Positions 29,217-38,984 of a stretch of 64,000 nucleotides of DNA are shown here, piece by piece (position 1 is the first letter of the stretch; every line of letters starts with the position of its first letter). Source of the DNA: an uncultured Candidatus Saccharibacteria bacterium (GTDB lineage: Bacteria; Patescibacteriota; Saccharimonadia; Saccharimonadales; Saccharimonadaceae). The stretch spans positions 4,469-68,468 of the forward strand of contig CAYUHY010000002.1 of assembly GCA_964444615.1 (NCBI GenBank). The letters are read 5' to 3'. Under the pieces are notes generated by a model that saw only the letters and a program-made list of their open reading frames with translations, ran no database searches and was not told the DNA's origin. The translations under genes were made by a program, and so were the position numbers.

Positions 29217-30279
29217 GATCCATTTTAGCCTTTTCTTGGCGACCAATCTTGGAAATTGAATGCTGGTAAAAACCGTAACCACTCACGATAGTGCTGGCTA
29301 ACACAATCACGCGCGTCATTAGCACTACCGTCGTCGCTAAGGAAATAGGTACGCCGAGGCTGACCATAATGCCTGCCATACCCAGCTCATATAAGCCATA
29401 AGGAACGATGGCGCCCATCACCGAACCGATGGCTTCGCCGATCATAATTTGTGGCAAAATTTGAGGATGACCGAGGCTAGCAGCTACAATCCAATAGGTT
29501 GCGATCTCCAGAAAACTATACACTATACCCCACAAAATTGGGCGTAGCAAAATCTTTTTGTTGCGGCGTGCAGTCATGAGATCTCCGTGAATATCATTAA
29601 GATATTTATCGACTACACTGCGTTTTAGTACTTCAGAGTAATGCCCAAAAGTTACTTTATTTACGACAAAATTACAGAATTTAGTAATGTTTTTGGCAAA
29701 CCACTCGATGCGTTTTTCGCCACTGGCAATGATAATCAAAATACCAATTCCGGCAATGATACCAATACTGAGCAAAGCGGTAATCCAAATTACCCATCGG
29801 CCTGCAGTAGGCACTCCACTCATAAACAAAAGGGCGATAATAGCCACGATAGTCTGCAATTGATTAGCACAAATTGTAATCACATAGCGCAGTACGTACA
29901 TAAAACTCGACTGTCCGGCAGTAGCGCCAAAGGGTTTTAGGCGCCAAGTAATGTAGCCGAGACCACCCAAACCGCCGGCAGGAACAGCATGGTTGACAAA
30001 GTTCAATTCCAGAGAAACTCGCATCAATGTCCAGGAGGAGACTTTTTTGGCGTCTTTTTTGGCGGCCATGTAAGAAAAGAACATTTGCCCGCAACAAAAG
30101 TACATGAACAATTGTTCCGGAATCAAAAGCAGTAAAACGAGAATATTTGTTTCGCCGAGATGATTGATAGCTTCAATAATATCTGACCAGTTGGAGTAAA
30201 CTACATATATAATTAAAGCAAGCGTCAGAACAGTGAGTACTGTACGAAAAGAAAGTTTAGATTGTTTTTTCTTATCCAT
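29206..30279 (-). CDS. UPF0104 / lysyl-phosphatidylglycerol-synthase-TM-like flippase-like membrane protein
   Basis: Polytopic membrane protein. ATG 30279 (MDKKKQ) lies 7 nt after TGTTATAAT. The upstream ATG 30288 overlaps the -10 element. Confidence 0.5.
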   Translation of the reverse strand: MDKKKQSKLSFRTVLTVLTLALIIYVVYSNWSDIIEAINHLGETNILVLLLLIPEQLFMYFCCGQMFFSYMAAKKDAKKVSSWTLMRVSLELNFVNHAVPAGGLGGLGYITWRLKPFGATAGQSSFMYVLRYVITICANQLQTIVAIIALLFMSGVPTAGRWVIWITALLSIGIIAGIGILIIIASGEKRIEWFAKNITKFCNFVVNKVTFGHYSEVLKRSVVDKYLNDIHGDLMTARRNKKILLRPILWGIVYSFLEIATYWIVAASLGHPQILPQIMIGEAIGSVMGAIVPYGLYELGMAGIMVSLGVPISLATTVVLMTRVIVLASTIVSGYGFYQHSISKIGRQEKAKMDHDE

Positions 30280-30317
30280 AACAAACATTATAACATAACT
30301 TGTGATATAATAAATAT

Positions 30318-31454
30318 ATGAAAAAATTTCTTGCGGTGTTGGGTCGGCAACCTTTGATTTCAGCGGCAGAGCTGGAGAGTTTGTGTCAGAATGTTAAATT
30401 GGTGGCACCGAATTTAGCCACATTTGAGACGGACTTAGGGGCAAAAGATTTAGTTTTTCGTTTGGGTGGTACGCTCAAAATCGCCGAGCCGGTTGCCTTG
30501 CCACAATTTTGGCAAACTTTGCCTGATGAGGGCAAGATTACGCTAGGCGTTTCCGACTACTCCAAAAAGTCTAGTCCTTTTCTGGCGCAAAAAGAAGCCC
30601 TGCACTGGAAGCGTTTCCTAACCAAACAAGGTCGCAGTGTGCGCGTGATACCAAATAAAACTGTGGCGCTTTCTAGTGCTACTAGCATCCATAATCACCT
30701 TTTTACGCCTACACATATTGAACTGATCAAAAATGGTCGCGATTATTATCGAGTGTTGGCCGTGCAAGATATTGAAGCTTATGCTGGTCGCGACCGTGCT
30801 CGCCCGGCGCGTGATGCCAAAGTGGGGATGTTGCCCCCGAAACTTGCGCAAGTTTTGATCAATCTTTGTGGTAATTTACCAGCGGAAGCGCGTTTGCTAG
30901 ACCCATTTTGTGGTACCGGTGTGGTGTTGCAAGAGGCAGCTTTGATGGGATATATTCCCTACGGCACCGATGTTAGTGAGCGGATGGTAGATTATTCGCG
31001 GCGCAACCTTGAGTGGCTGGAGAGTCTTGATCAAGGTTTTTGCAAGGTATCCCCGCAGCTCCTTCAAAAATCCCTCGTGGAGCAAGGCGACGCGACTAGC
31101 TTCCAGTGGTCGGCGCCGATCGATGCGGTGGCTTGCGAAACTTACTTAGGGACACCAATGTCGCAGCCGCCTGCCGAAATTAAGTTAAAACAAGCCAAGC
31201 AGGAGTGCAAGAGTATTATTGTAGGGTTTTTGAAAAACCTCTCTGGGCAATTGCAATCCGGTACGCCAGTAGTAATAGCTGTACCGGCTTGGCTGCGCCC
31301 GGATGGACATTATGAACGCTTAAATTTGCTTGACGAAATAGACAATCTGCGCTATAATGTAGTAAGATTTAAGAATATGGGGCAAAAGGACTTTCTTTAC
31401 CATCGCGATGGTCAGGTGGTCGCCCGGGAAATAATAGTTTTAAGGAAAAAATAG
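30318..31454 (+). CDS. SAM-dependent (RNA) methyltransferase, UPF0020/Trm11-like
   Basis: Motif I LLDPFCGTGVVLQEAA. 378 aa. ATG lies 6 nt after TGATATAAT. Confidence 0.55.
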   Translation: MKKFLAVLGRQPLISAAELESLCQNVKLVAPNLATFETDLGAKDLVFRLGGTLKIAEPVALPQFWQTLPDEGKITLGVSDYSKKSSPFLAQKEALHWKRFLTKQGRSVRVIPNKTVALSSATSIHNHLFTPTHIELIKNGRDYYRVLAVQDIEAYAGRDRARPARDAKVGMLPPKLAQVLINLCGNLPAEARLLDPFCGTGVVLQEAALMGYIPYGTDVSERMVDYSRRNLEWLESLDQGFCKVSPQLLQKSLVEQGDATSFQWSAPIDAVACETYLGTPMSQPPAEIKLKQAKQECKSIIVGFLKNLSGQLQSGTPVVIAVPAWLRPDGHYERLNLLDEIDNLRYNVVRFKNMGQKDFLYHRDGQVVAREIIVLRKK

Positions 31455-31455
31455 C

Positions 31456-31728
31456 ATGTCACATGTCAAAGCTGGCGGTACCGCCAAAAATATCCATAAC
31501 AATGCTGGTCAACGTCTAGGTGTTAAGCGCTTTGGTGGTCAGAAAGTGCGCAATGGCGAAGTTTTGGTACGCCAAACTGGTGCTACCAAGATCGCTGGTC
31601 CAGGCACTTACATGAGTCGTAATTTTACTATTCATGCTGCTAAGGATGGCGTGGTTACTTTCGTGAAGACCAAAAAAGCCCACTTCTCTGGTAAGAACGT
31701 ACCACGGGTACGTGTTGAAGTACGCTAA
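31456..31728 (+). CDS. rpmA: 50S ribosomal protein L27
   Basis: MSHVKAGGTAKNIHNNAGQRLGVKRFGGQ is canonical L27. Confidence 0.9.
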   Translation: MSHVKAGGTAKNIHNNAGQRLGVKRFGGQKVRNGEVLVRQTGATKIAGPGTYMSRNFTIHAAKDGVVTFVKTKKAHFSGKNVPRVRVEVR

Positions 31729-31749
31729 AATTCATCAGCTTTAGGAAAA

Positions 31750-31770
31750 GTGTTGTAATTTTTACAACAC
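31750..31770. repeat. Palindrome family copy P3 (GTGTTGTAATTTTTACAACAC)
   Basis: The outermost base pair is changed on both arms (A/T to G/C), which preserves the palindrome. It is followed by TTTTTT, 22 nt after the rpmA stop. Confidence 0.9.
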
Positions 31771-31807
31771 TTTTTTGTTATTCTAAGGAGCAGGATATCA
31801 ATTGCTA

Positions 31808-31836
31808 TTGACTTTTGTTGATACATGTGCTATAAT
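31808..31836 (+). promoter_or_regulatory. Promoter of orphan gene C
   Basis: TTGACT, 17 nt, TGTGCTATAAT. It implies a ~150-nt 5' UTR. Confidence 0.65.
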
Positions 31837-31995
31837 GAAAAGATAGGGCAGTGTCTGTCCTCGCAGTTGGTTTTTGTTGGTTATCTCTCCAGCATTAACC
31901 ATCTTTTATTAACATTTAGGTCAATTCGCATCCCTATTCAGTCAGTTAGTCGAGCTGCGTCTCGGCTTTCTAGAAAATTTAGGAGGTATACTAGG

Positions 31996-33066
31996 ATGAA
32001 AAAGCGCGTCATTTCCCTGCTCCTCGCAATCGTTATGTTGGTTAGCATAATGATTACACCGGCCGCCGCTGTGGCAAACCAAAGAGGCACCTATCATGCT
32101 TCGATTCCAGCATTGGACTGGTCTGGTGAGATCCACCCGGCCTACGACAACCGCGAGGATGCAAACAACGACATGACCACGATTTACGTCAGCGAAGATG
32201 ATCTGCCCGTCAAAGTCAGACTGAACGGAGAAAACTACCACAGCACCTTTGAGCTCGACAAGTATGACATTTACTACCTCAGAGTGGCGGATGAAGATGA
32301 TGGACGCTTTGTAGCTGATTTATTCTTATTCGTTTCGATTATTGGCATTCCACTCATCTTCTGCGACCCTCCCTATGCTTACGCTACGGTTAAGATTGCT
32401 CCGCCCGAAGACAATACCATGAACAACAATAAGAAGGCCCTTCATAGTGCGCCCGCCTCTACTGCTGCGCCTGAAGCCAAACCTGCTACCAACAACTCTA
32501 GTACTGACACCTCTTCTCCCGCTCCTACTCCTGTTTCTTTAGAAGATCGTTATAAAACTGTTATAAAAGTCTTGGATCTTCCCTTTAGTCACGCTGAATA
32601 TACACCTTATGGCAAAGAACTGAAGGAATTTTTTACTGGCGATGGATGGGATGGTTCTAACCGCAGCGACATCGATCCTAGCGACGGTTATGCCGGATAT
32701 ATTGCCAACCGCAGTATTGATTGTCGTACTTACCGTTTACATGTCACTAACCTACACAATGGTAAAACGTTTGAGCGTACTACCAATGTGGACTATCTTG
32801 GTAATCTTGAGACAGTACCGGGAGTGACACCCGCGCAAGATTATACTTTAGTGGTTGATCGTCAGAACGGCATTATTGAGGAATGGTCACTCTTACAGAA
32901 ACGCGATGCTTGGAACTTAGACCTGCAGGGAGCGACGATTAGTGATGTCTTTCCGCTTGCCTGCGGCGATGATGACGATTCCCGCGTCATGGTTAACATT
33001 GATGATGCTACAGGCCAGCATATCTGGTCGTTGCTCAAGGATGGCAAAATTGCCAAATTGACCTAA
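31996..33066 (+). CDS. Secreted hypothetical protein, orphan cassette C (356 aa)
   Basis: AGGAGG RBS lies 9 nt before ATG 31996. Signal peptide MKKRVISLLLAIVMLVSIMITPAAAVA. Central Ala/Pro/Thr/Ser linker. The first 57 track codons are promoter and UTR. Confidence 0.6.
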   Translation: MKKRVISLLLAIVMLVSIMITPAAAVANQRGTYHASIPALDWSGEIHPAYDNREDANNDMTTIYVSEDDLPVKVRLNGENYHSTFELDKYDIYYLRVADEDDGRFVADLFLFVSIIGIPLIFCDPPYAYATVKIAPPEDNTMNNNKKALHSAPASTAAPEAKPATNNSSTDTSSPAPTPVSLEDRYKTVIKVLDLPFSHAEYTPYGKELKEFFTGDGWDGSNRSDIDPSDGYAGYIANRSIDCRTYRLHVTNLHNGKTFERTTNVDYLGNLETVPGVTPAQDYTLVVDRQNGIIEEWSLLQKRDAWNLDLQGATISDVFPLACGDDDDSRVMVNIDDATGQHIWSLLKDGKIAKLT

Positions 33067-33112
33067 ACGAGATTGTAAGTCTCATTAGATTCGTAGCTAC
33101 TACTGCGAAGAT

Positions 33113-33140
33113 TAGCTCCGGCTTCGGCCGGAGCTTTTTA
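33113..33140 (+). terminator. Terminator of orphan C
   Basis: AGCTCCGGC-TTCG-GCCGGAGCT followed by TTTTAT. Confidence 0.75.
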
Positions 33141-33252
33141 TGGCCAAAAATTTATGGACCATTACTGCACTCCTATCCAGAGGCGGGATGAATCATTGTT
33201 CTATATCTAGAGACGAGGCTGAGCGATTGCGACACCTTTATTAGAAGCGGGG

Positions 33253-36132
33253 CTATTCGTTTAGCATCATCTTCAGATATTTGCCAGTTGGGGTCTTTTC
33301 GTCTTTGGCGAGCTGCTCTGGTGTGCCTTGCGCCATGACGCGACCGCCATTTTGACCGCCCTCTGGACCCATATCAATAATCCAGTCGGCGGATTTGATG
33401 ACATGGAGATTATGCTCAATTACAATCATAGAATTGCCACCATCTACTAGACGTCCTAGAATTTCGAGAAGACGCTTGACATCGTCAGTATGGAGACCGG
33501 TAGTAGGCTCATCGAGGATGTAGAGAGTCTTGCCGGTGCTACGACGAGACAATTCCGTGGCAAGTTTAATACGTTGCGCTTCGCCACCAGAAAATGTGGT
33601 AGCTGGCTGACCAAGTTTAATATAGCCTAGGCCTACTTCTTGGATGGTTTTTAACTTAGGAGCAATGGCAGGAATATTAGCAAAGAATTCTACAGCTTCG
33701 TCAATAGTCATATCCAAAACCTGCGAGATATCCTTACCTTTGTATTTGATTTCCAAGGCTTCGTGATTGTAACGGCGACCATGACAAACTGGACAAGTTA
33801 CGTAGACGTCCGGCAAGAAGTGCATTTCGATTTTATTCACGCCATCACCTTGACAATGTTCGCAGCGTCCGCCCTTGACATTGAAGCTAAAACGTCCGGC
33901 TTTGTAACCGCGCAGCTCAGCTTCAGGCTGCTTAGCAAACAATTCACGAATTTGATTGAATACACCAGTATAAGTAGCAGCGTTAGAGCGAGGAGTGCGG
34001 CCAATCGGCGATTGATCAATGACGATAATTTTGTCGAGGTATTCAATGCCATCGATTCGCTCATGCAGGCCAGCCACAGTCTGAGCGCGATTGAGGCGCG
34101 CTAGCAGCTCGTTGGCTAAAATTCCGTTGACAAGCGTGGATTTACCGCTACCGGAGACACCAGAAACTACCGTCATGACGCCCAGCGGAAAATGCACATC
34201 GATATTCTTGAGATTATTTTCGCGTGCACCGACAACGACCAGCTCTTGGTCTTTTTTGGGGTGACGACGTTTTTTGGGGACGGGAATGGTATCTTTGCCT
34301 GACAAATAGCGCCCAGTCACAGAGTTAGGATCTTTGGACACCTCCTCCGGCGTACCAGCCGCGATCAAACGACCACCGTTCTTGCCAGCACCAGGGCCAA
34401 TATCCACGATAAAATCGGCTTCGCGCATCGTGTCCTCATCATGCTCAACCACGATCACGGTATTTTTGAGGTCGCGCAAATGTTTGAGCGTGGCAATTAG
34501 TTTGTCATTATCACGTTGGTGCAGACCAATAGACGGCTCATCAAGCACATAAAGCACGCCTTGCAGACCCGAACCGATTTGCGTGGCCAAACGAATGCGT
34601 TGGGCTTCGCCACCAGAGAGGGTATTCGCGGCGCGGCCCAGCTCCAGGTAACCCAAACCGACATCTTGCATAAATTGCACCCGCTCACGGATTTCCTTGA
34701 GAATTGGCTCAGCAATGAGTTTTTCGCTGTCGGTAAATTGCAGATCTTTGCGCAAAACTTCTAACGTAGCGTCCACGTCTAGATTGCACATATCCATAAT
34801 ATTGAAGCCATGCACAGTTACAGCGAGAACGGCAGGTTGAAGCCGGGCGCCGTGGCAGGTTTGGCATTCATGCACGCGCATAAAACGCTCAATATCCTTG
34901 CGCACAAAATCGGATTCGGTTTCCTTGTGGCGGCGCTCGAGCGTAGGAATAACACCTTCAAAAGTAGATTGGTAAGTGGCGCCATTACCCCATTTACCAT
35001 GACCTCCCACGGTGACTTCGTACTTTTCTTTGCCGGTACCGTAGAGAATTACCTGAATATCTTCTGGCGTCAAATCGCGAATGGGGACGTGGCAAGAAAA
35101 GCCATGCCTGGCGCCAACCGCCTCTAAACGTTTAAGCCACCACGACTCCTGCGTAACGCGGTTAAAAGGTCTAATTCCGCCCTCGGCAATAGTAAGATTA
35201 GGGTTCAAGATTAAGTTGGGGTCAATTTCTAGCCTCGTGCCCAAGCCGGTACAAGTAGGGCAGGCGCCTTGAGGAGCGTTAAAGGAGAAAAGTCGCGGCT
35301 CTAATTCCGGGATCAGCTCGTCCGGGTGCAGTTCACAAGCATAGCGCTGAGAATAAGTCAAGATCTCAGTGTCCTCACTGGCGCGGTTTTCGCCAACAGC
35401 GGTAGAGTTATCATTGATTTTGAGCAATTTAATAATTCCCTGGCCTAATTCTAGAGCTTGCTCCACCGAGCCAGAAATCCGCGTTAAGAGGTCGGGCGAC
35501 AAAATGAAGCGATCGACGACGATTTCGATATCATGACGATCATTTTTGTTTAGATCCGGGAATTCATCAAGAGCATAGACAATTCCGTCGATACGGACTC
35601 GCGAAAAACCTTTAGCCTGGTATTGGTCGGCGACGTGTTGGAAACTACCCTTTTTCTGGGAAACGATCGGAGCGAGGAGCATCAATTTACTACCGAGTGG
35701 CAATTTCATGACTTCATTGATAATATCTTCCACGCTGCGGCGATGAACTTCGCGATGACAAATCGGACAGTGCGGCACACCCACACGCGCAAAGAGTAAA
35801 CGGAGATAATCATAAACTTCCGTGACCGTAGCAACCGTAGAGCGGGGGTTGCGGCTGGTGGATTTCTGATCGATCGAGATCGCCGGGCTAAGACCAGTAA
35901 TACTATCGACATCCGGCTTATCCATCACGCCCAAAAACATGCGCGCGTAGCTAGAGAGACTCTCGACATAGCGGCGCTGGCCCTCGGCATAAATCGTATC
36001 AAAAGCCAAACTCGACTTCCCACTCCCAGACAAACCAGTAATTACTACTAGCTTGTCGCGCGGGATGTCAACATCGAGATCCTTAAGATTGTGCTGTCTA
36101 GCACCACGAATTTTTATGAAATTATCGTTCAT
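33253..36132 (-). CDS. uvrA: Excinuclease ABC subunit A
   Basis: 959 aa. Two ABC modules ([12 protein letters not shown] and [11 protein letters not shown]), zinc-finger CxxC pairs, and LSGGEAQR twice. Confidence 0.95.
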   Translation of the reverse strand: MNDNFIKIRGARQHNLKDLDVDIPRDKLVVITGLSGSGKSSLAFDTIYAEGQRRYVESLSSYARMFLGVMDKPDVDSITGLSPAISIDQKSTSRNPRSTVATVTEVYDYLRLLFARVGVPHCPICHREVHRRSVEDIINEVMKLPLGSKLMLLAPIVSQKKGSFQHVADQYQAKGFSRVRIDGIVYALDEFPDLNKNDRHDIEIVVDRFILSPDLLTRISGSVEQALELGQGIIKLLKINDNSTAVGENRASEDTEILTYSQRYACELHPDELIPELEPRLFSFNAPQGACPTCTGLGTRLEIDPNLILNPNLTIAEGGIRPFNRVTQESWWLKRLEAVGARHGFSCHVPIRDLTPEDIQVILYGTGKEKYEVTVGGHGKWGNGATYQSTFEGVIPTLERRHKETESDFVRKDIERFMRVHECQTCHGARLQPAVLAVTVHGFNIMDMCNLDVDATLEVLRKDLQFTDSEKLIAEPILKEIRERVQFMQDVGLGYLELGRAANTLSGGEAQRIRLATQIGSGLQGVLYVLDEPSIGLHQRDNDKLIATLKHLRDLKNTVIVVEHDEDTMREADFIVDIGPGAGKNGGRLIAAGTPEEVSKDPNSVTGRYLSGKDTIPVPKKRRHPKKDQELVVVGARENNLKNIDVHFPLGVMTVVSGVSGSGKSTLVNGILANELLARLNRAQTVAGLHERIDGIEYLDKIIVIDQSPIGRTPRSNAATYTGVFNQIRELFAKQPEAELRGYKAGRFSFNVKGGRCEHCQGDGVNKIEMHFLPDVYVTCPVCHGRRYNHEALEIKYKGKDISQVLDMTIDEAVEFFANIPAIAPKLKTIQEVGLGYIKLGQPATTFSGGEAQRIKLATELSRRSTGKTLYILDEPTTGLHTDDVKRLLEILGRLVDGGNSMIVIEHNLHVIKSADWIIDMGPEGGQNGGRVMAQGTPEQLAKDEKTPTGKYLKMMLNE

Positions 36133-36169
36133 ATTAGTTAAAAATTATACCTTATATCCTTATTTTTGA

Positions 36170-36345
36170 CAAGAATGCCTAGTTTCTACAGCGGGAGGGT
36201 ATTTGGAGGCTATGTCGGACTGTGTTATCGTATAGTTTGCCTCGGGGGTTGTTCTGAGGTTCGGGAAAATGGGTTTTCTGGGATTGTCCGAGGTTAGTGA
36301 GGAATTCAAGCAATTACCTTTGTATTTGTAGAAACACCCTATATC
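36170..36345 (-). ncRNA. Candidate structured RNA or long distal leader upstream of uvrA
   Basis: A consensus TTGACT-N17-TGTGCTATAAT promoter at 36350-36378 fires toward uvrA. The transcript ends can pair (GTTTCTACA / TGTAGAAAC), with an inner CCTCGG/CCGAGG pair. There is no plausible ORF. uvrA has its own proximal TTGTCA-N17-TATAAT promoter. Confidence 0.3.
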
Positions 36346-36506
36346 TCCATTATAGCACACTTTATTAAAAAAGTCAATAGTTTCGGGGTTGTTTTCCGAG
36401 TGAGGGCGGTTTTTTGCGCTGAGGTTCGTGTAGCCTGAGGTTTCTGGGGGCTTTCAGGGCGTAAAGTGGTTTCCGGCTTTAGGCAGTTTCAGAGTAAGAG
36501 ATCATA

Positions 36507-37964
36507 TTAAGGAGCTTCTCCGCTGACCGGCGCAATGGCTTGATACCATAACAACAATTCTTCTACCAGATATTGACATTCCTCGGGAGTTTTGCCGCCA
36601 AAAGTCTCGCCTTTGGCTAGTTGCGCTTTGATACGGCCGAGATCGCCAAAAAATTGCTTGGCTTGGGTCTTGAGACGCTGGGAGCGGTATTTTTCCCAGA
36701 GTCCGACCTCGTCGTTGCTGAGGCTGGCTGGAAAACTGCGCGCTTTGTAATGCAAAAGCAGTTCGGGTAGGCGCTCATCGCGAAAACTAGGCCGAAAATC
36801 CGCCAGCTCATCGGCGCCATTATTGCGCACGGCGGCGCAAATCACTCGGTCATGCTCGTCCAGGAAATTATCGTAAAGAGCAGATTCAGGGTCCGGAGCT
36901 TGATAACTAGGTTTTTCTTGACCGGTAAAGCGCTGCGCAAACTCGGGATGCTTAAGGAGGCTGCGCAAGTTGGCGGTAACGGTTTCTTTGCTGAGTTTGA
37001 TTTTTTCCCAGCCGTTTTCACGCTCCAACACCCCTAGAGGCGCCACAGCAGGACAATGATTATACTGAAGTTTTTTTACAATCGGAAAATAATTTTTCTC
37101 CCACGGATCACGCTCGTGCCAAGGTTTTTGGTAATCAATGGTGCCAGCCGCGCGCGCCGCCGCTTCTTGATCTAGCAGCTCATCCAGATTGTAACGCAAA
37201 TCATAGACATAGAGCGTGCCGTTTTCGCCCTCCACGAGCGGGTAAGCCACGGTGGTCTTTTCGTGGGCGGAAGAGTAACGGCCAGAAGCATAGACAAAGG
37301 GCTGCGGATTAGCGAGATTGGCGAGATTGAAGACGTCTTTTTTACCACGCAGATTATAGAGAAAATCAAACATTTGCGGCTGTTGCTTTTTTAGTAATTT
37401 CGTGACTTCGATCAGAGCTACCACATCTGCCAAAGCGTCATGGGCATGTTCGTGCTCAATGCCATTGAGTTTAGTGATAAGCTCAAGGCGGTTGGTGGAG
37501 TGACCATCCTCGGTCACGGGCCAGGTAATTCCCTCCGGGCGTAAAGCGCGCGTGAGGCGCACCACATCTAGTAAATCCCAGCGCGAACGGCCGTCTTTCC
37601 ATTGCCATTCATAAGGATCATAAAAATTGCGCCACAAGAGGTGACGCATAAACTCATCATCAAAACGCACAGAATTGTAGCCGAGAATAGTAGTATTAGG
37701 CGTGGCAATTTCTTCAATAAAATAGCGGCAAAATTCCGCCTCGGACATGCCGTCCATCAGAGTGGCCTGAGGCGTGATGCCGGTCACCATGATGGCGGAG
37801 GGGCTCGGCAAGGTATCCTCGGCAAGCTGAATCAGGATATTCTGAGGCTCGCCAATCGGATTAAAATCAACATCCGTACGCTGGCCGGCAAATTGCATCG
37901 GGCGGTCGCTGCGGGGATTTAGACCAGAAGTTTCCAAATCATAAAAGTAAAAACTGGCGCTCAT
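36507..37964 (-). CDS. sbcB: Exodeoxyribonuclease I
   Basis: MSASFYFYDLETSGLNPRSDRPMQFAG (Exo I motif) and H-x4-D (HDALADV). Start at ATG 37964, 6 nt after TGCTATAAT (37971-37982). The 201 upstream track codons are spurious. Confidence 0.85.
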   Translation of the reverse strand: MSASFYFYDLETSGLNPRSDRPMQFAGQRTDVDFNPIGEPQNILIQLAEDTLPSPSAIMVTGITPQATLMDGMSEAEFCRYFIEEIATPNTTILGYNSVRFDDEFMRHLLWRNFYDPYEWQWKDGRSRWDLLDVVRLTRALRPEGITWPVTEDGHSTNRLELITKLNGIEHEHAHDALADVVALIEVTKLLKKQQPQMFDFLYNLRGKKDVFNLANLANPQPFVYASGRYSSAHEKTTVAYPLVEGENGTLYVYDLRYNLDELLDQEAAARAAGTIDYQKPWHERDPWEKNYFPIVKKLQYNHCPAVAPLGVLERENGWEKIKLSKETVTANLRSLLKHPEFAQRFTGQEKPSYQAPDPESALYDNFLDEHDRVICAAVRNNGADELADFRPSFRDERLPELLLHYKARSFPASLSNDEVGLWEKYRSQRLKTQAKQFFGDLGRIKAQLAKGETFGGKTPEECQYLVEELLLWYQAIAPVSGEAP

Positions 37965-38009
37965 AAATTCATTATAGCATACTTCTGAGGTCTTAGCGTA
38001 ATCTCTGGG

Positions 38010-38170
38010 TATTGGGAGTTGGCAAGGCATTGAGGAGTGGTAGAAGTTTAGGGAGTGAGAACCGGCAAGGTATTGGCGGTAGATTGATGGAAGTTTAGGG
38101 AGTTCAGGGGAGCGGTGGAAGTTTGGTGAGTGAGAACGGGCAAGGTACTGAGGAGCGGTGGAAGTTTGTA
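38010..38170. repeat. Degenerate G-rich tandem repeats
   Basis: GGCAAGGYAYTGRGGAGYGGTRGAAGTTT-like units recur about 3 times at ~45-55-bp spacing, between the orphan D terminator and the sbcB promoter. Confidence 0.6.
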
Positions 38171-38175
38171 GAGCA

Positions 38176-38204
38176 GGCAAAGACCCGCCACAAAGGGCGG
38201 GTCT
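38176..38204 (-). terminator. Terminator of orphan D
   Basis: AGACCCGCC-loop-GGCGGGTCT followed by TTTG on the - strand. Confidence 0.6.
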
Positions 38205-38271
38205 AAAAAGTTGTAAGGTACGTGGCAACTGGAGTTTGCCCGACGTTGTAGCCGGAGCTAGGAGAATCAGA

Positions 38272-38889
38272 TTATCCGATCTGGTCGTCATCAGGTGAGT
38301 GGTTTTCCGATTCAGAGCTGGGCCGGATGTAGCCTTTGAGGTCGAGTTCTTTCCACTCGAGACCATCACTGCAGGTGCAATGGGACCGCTTTGCATTTCT
38401 GAAGGCGTCTGCGGTGATGACCGCTTTGGCCTTGTTTCTGCAGGGGCAGTTCTCCAGCACCCAAGGGCACTGAATGTCAACCACCTTGCGGCAGCGTTCC
38501 ATTTGCTCATCCGCCTGCTGCTGAGCCAGGTACTCGTGGAGATTTTCGCCGGCCGTTGCAGCCGCAAAAAGGGTCAGGTAGAGTGCCAGATTGAATCCCA
38601 CCAAGATTATGGGGAATGCGAACACGACGGCTGCAGCTTCAGATTCGCCGTCAGAAAGGAACCGCTGCGCCACGTCAAGGATGCCGAGATGGCTCTCGAA
38701 AATAGCCATCAAGGTAATCAGAGTGACGGTCACAATAGCGATACCAGACCAGGCAGCCTTGTGGTGTGCCCAGCTAGTGACGCGGACGCGGCAACGAACG
38801 CGGCGGACCGAGGTCCAGCCGACCATGAATGCTACCAAGATAGCCAGTACGCTAATCACCGGCCACCAATTCCAATTCCAGTTTGTCAT
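38272..38889 (-). CDS. Hypothetical membrane protein with Cys-rich cytoplasmic tail, orphan cassette D (205 aa)
   Basis: AAGGGGGA RBS. N-terminal WNWNWW motif and about 4 hydrophobic helices. The C-terminal region has CRKVVDIQCPWVLENCPCRN...HCTC. Confidence 0.6.
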   Translation of the reverse strand: MTNWNWNWWPVISVLAILVAFMVGWTSVRRVRCRVRVTSWAHHKAAWSGIAIVTVTLITLMAIFESHLGILDVAQRFLSDGESEAAAVVFAFPIILVGFNLALYLTLFAAATAGENLHEYLAQQQADEQMERCRKVVDIQCPWVLENCPCRNKAKAVITADAFRNAKRSHCTCSDGLEWKELDLKGYIRPSSESENHSPDDDQIG

Positions 38890-38944
38890 TTGTTAATCCC
38901 CCTTTAGTTTTCTTGGACGTTCCCTATTGGAAGTCCATACTTCT

Positions 38945-38973
38945 ATTGTAGCACACTTTGCCTAAAAAGTCAA
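38945..38973 (-). promoter_or_regulatory. Promoter of orphan D
   Basis: TTGACT, 17 nt, TGTGCTACAAT on the - strand, starting 12 nt after the trxB stop. Confidence 0.65.
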
Positions 38974-38984
38974 TACTTTTACGC

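Noticed and set aside
37965-38567. 201-codon N-terminal extension of the sbcB ORF
   Set aside because: It runs through the sbcB promoter, a repeat tract, a terminator and the 3' end of orphan D in another frame. Its composition is low complexity. The Exo I homology starts at MSASFYFYDLETSG.
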